Shown here in pieces: positions 34,523 to 36,111 of a stretch of DNA of 36,111 bases (positions within the stretch are counted from its first letter, which is position 1; the number at the start of each line of letters is the position of its first letter). Below the pieces are notes generated by a model. It did no database searches and was not told the origin of the DNA. It saw nothing but the letters and a program-made list of their open reading frames with translations. The translations under genes were made by a program, and so were the position numbers. This stretch comes from Nemertoderma westbladi (Eukaryota > Animalia > Xenacoelomorpha). The stretch is from contig JAUCBJ010002135.1 of the NCBI GenBank assembly GCA_032718475.1, positions 1-36,111 of the forward strand, written 5' to 3'.

Positions 34523-36111
34523 GTGAGTATTACAGATACGGGATCCATCCAGATTGGTTGATTGTGAGTATTACAGATACGGGATCCATCCAGATTGGTT
34601 GATTGTGAGTATTACAGATACGGGATCCACCCTGATTGGTTGATTGTGAGTATTACAGATACGGGATCCATCCTGATTGGTTGATTGTGAGTATTACAGA
34701 TACGGATCCATCCTGATTGGTTGATTGTGAGTATTACAGATACGGGATCCATCCTGATTGGTTGATTGTGAGTATTACAGATACGGATCCATCCTGATTG
34801 GTTGATTGTGAGTATTACAGATACGGGATCCATCCTGATTGGTTGATTGTGAGTATTACAGATACGGGATCCATCCAGATTGGTTGATTGTGAGTGTTAC
34901 AGATACGGGATCCATCCTGATTGGTTGATTGTGAGTATTACAGATACGGGATCCATCCAGATTGGTTGATTGTGGGTATTACAGATACGGGATCCATCCA
35001 GATTGGTTGATTGTGAGTATTACAGATACGGATCCATCCTGATTGGTTGATTGTGAGTATTACTGATACGGGATCCATCCTGATTGGTTGATTGTGAGTA
35101 TTACAGATACGGGATCCATCCTGATTGGTTGATTGTGAGTATTACAGATACGGGATCCATCCAGATTGGTTGATTGTGGGTATTACAGATACGGGATCCA
35201 TCCAGATTGGTTGATTGTGAGTATTACAGATACGGATCCATCCTGATTGGTTGATTGTGAGTATTACAGATACGGGATCCATCCAGATTGGTTGATTGTG
35301 AGTATTACAGATACGGGATCCATCCTGATTGGTTGATTGTGAGTATTACAGATACGGATCCATCCTGATTGGTTGATTGTGAGTATTACAGATACGGGAT
35401 CCATCCTGATTGGTTGATTGTGAGTATTACAGATACGGATCCACCCTGATTGGTTGATTGTTAGTATTACAGATACGGGATCCATCCAGATTGGTTGATT
35501 GTGAGTATTACAGATACGGATCCATCCTGATTGGTTGATTGTGAGTATTACAGATACGGGATCCATCCAGATTGGTTGATTGTGAGTATTACAGATACGG
35601 ATCCATCCTGATTGGTTGATTGTGAGTATTACTTACAGATACGGGATCCATTCTGATTGGTTGATTGTGAGTATTACAGATACGGGATCCATCCAGATTG
35701 GTTGATTGTGAGTATTACAGATACGGATCCATCCTGATTGGTTGATTGTGAGTATTACTTACAGATACGGATCCATCCTGATTGGTTGATTGTGAGTATT
35801 ACAGATACGGGATCCATCCTGATTGGTTGATTGTGAGTATTACAGATACGGATCCACCCTGATTGGTTGATTGTGAGTGAGTATTACTTACAGATACGGG
35901 ATCCATTCTGATTGGTTGATTGTGAGTATTACAGATACGGGATCCATCCTGATTGGTTGATTGTGAGTATTACAGATACGGATCCACCCTGATTCTGGTT
36001 GATTGTGAGTATTACAGATACGGGATCCATTCTGATTGGTTGATTGTGAGTATTACAGATACGGGATCCATCCTGATTGGTTGATTGTGAGTATTACAGA
36101 TACGGATCCAT
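34485..36111 (+). repeat. 41-bp minisatellite made from the CHD exon end plus splice donor, about 40 copies, runs off the window
   Basis: Unit AGTATTACAGATACGGGATCCATCC(A/T)GATTGGTTGATTGTG. The first copy encodes YYRYGIHPDWLI. Confidence 0.97.

Noticed and set aside
34485-36111. CRISPR-like appearance and ORFs 34612..34833 and 35264..35566
   Set aside because: The units are head-to-tail with no unique spacers, there are no cas genes and the context is eukaryotic. The ORFs are repeat translations.

Overview
Repeat-rich, AT-rich eukaryotic (most likely invertebrate animal) genomic DNA. There are two recognisable host genes: an intronless NSA2 CDS (7116-7898, minus) and the 5' coding exon of a Mi-2/CHD3-4-5 remodeller (from 32771, plus). 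The CHD exon end and splice donor are tandemly amplified about 40 times as a 41-bp array that runs off the window. Almost everything else is transposon-derived, and many boundaries can be fixed exactly from target-site duplications (TSDs). The centre is a nested stack. A CAG-ended element (9986-29065, 5-bp TSD AATGT) contains a 15.5-kb Foldback/Mutator-like element (10420-25880, 9-bp TSD GTGAAAATG, multi-kb inverted arms). Its left arm holds a second CAG-ended element (11681-13775, TSD CTTTG) and an ISL2EU-like element with a YqaJ remnant (13897-18287, TSD AT). Inside the ISL2EU-like element is the most interesting object: a 1.08-kb non-coding retroposed insert (16591-17674, 14-bp TSD) made of ~412-bp units, each fusing a tRNA-like Pol III promoter to a minimal type I hammerhead ribozyme, arranged as one inverted plus two tandem copies (retrozyme / Penelope-pLTR-like). 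Also present are two degraded LINEs, two related HINE/DINE-1-like elements that both sit in an AACAG target with ACA repeated at each end, a hAT MITE, and an LTR-like 3' end preceded by a triple CCHC zinc-knuckle ORF. Family assignments come from sequence hallmarks only; no database searches were run.
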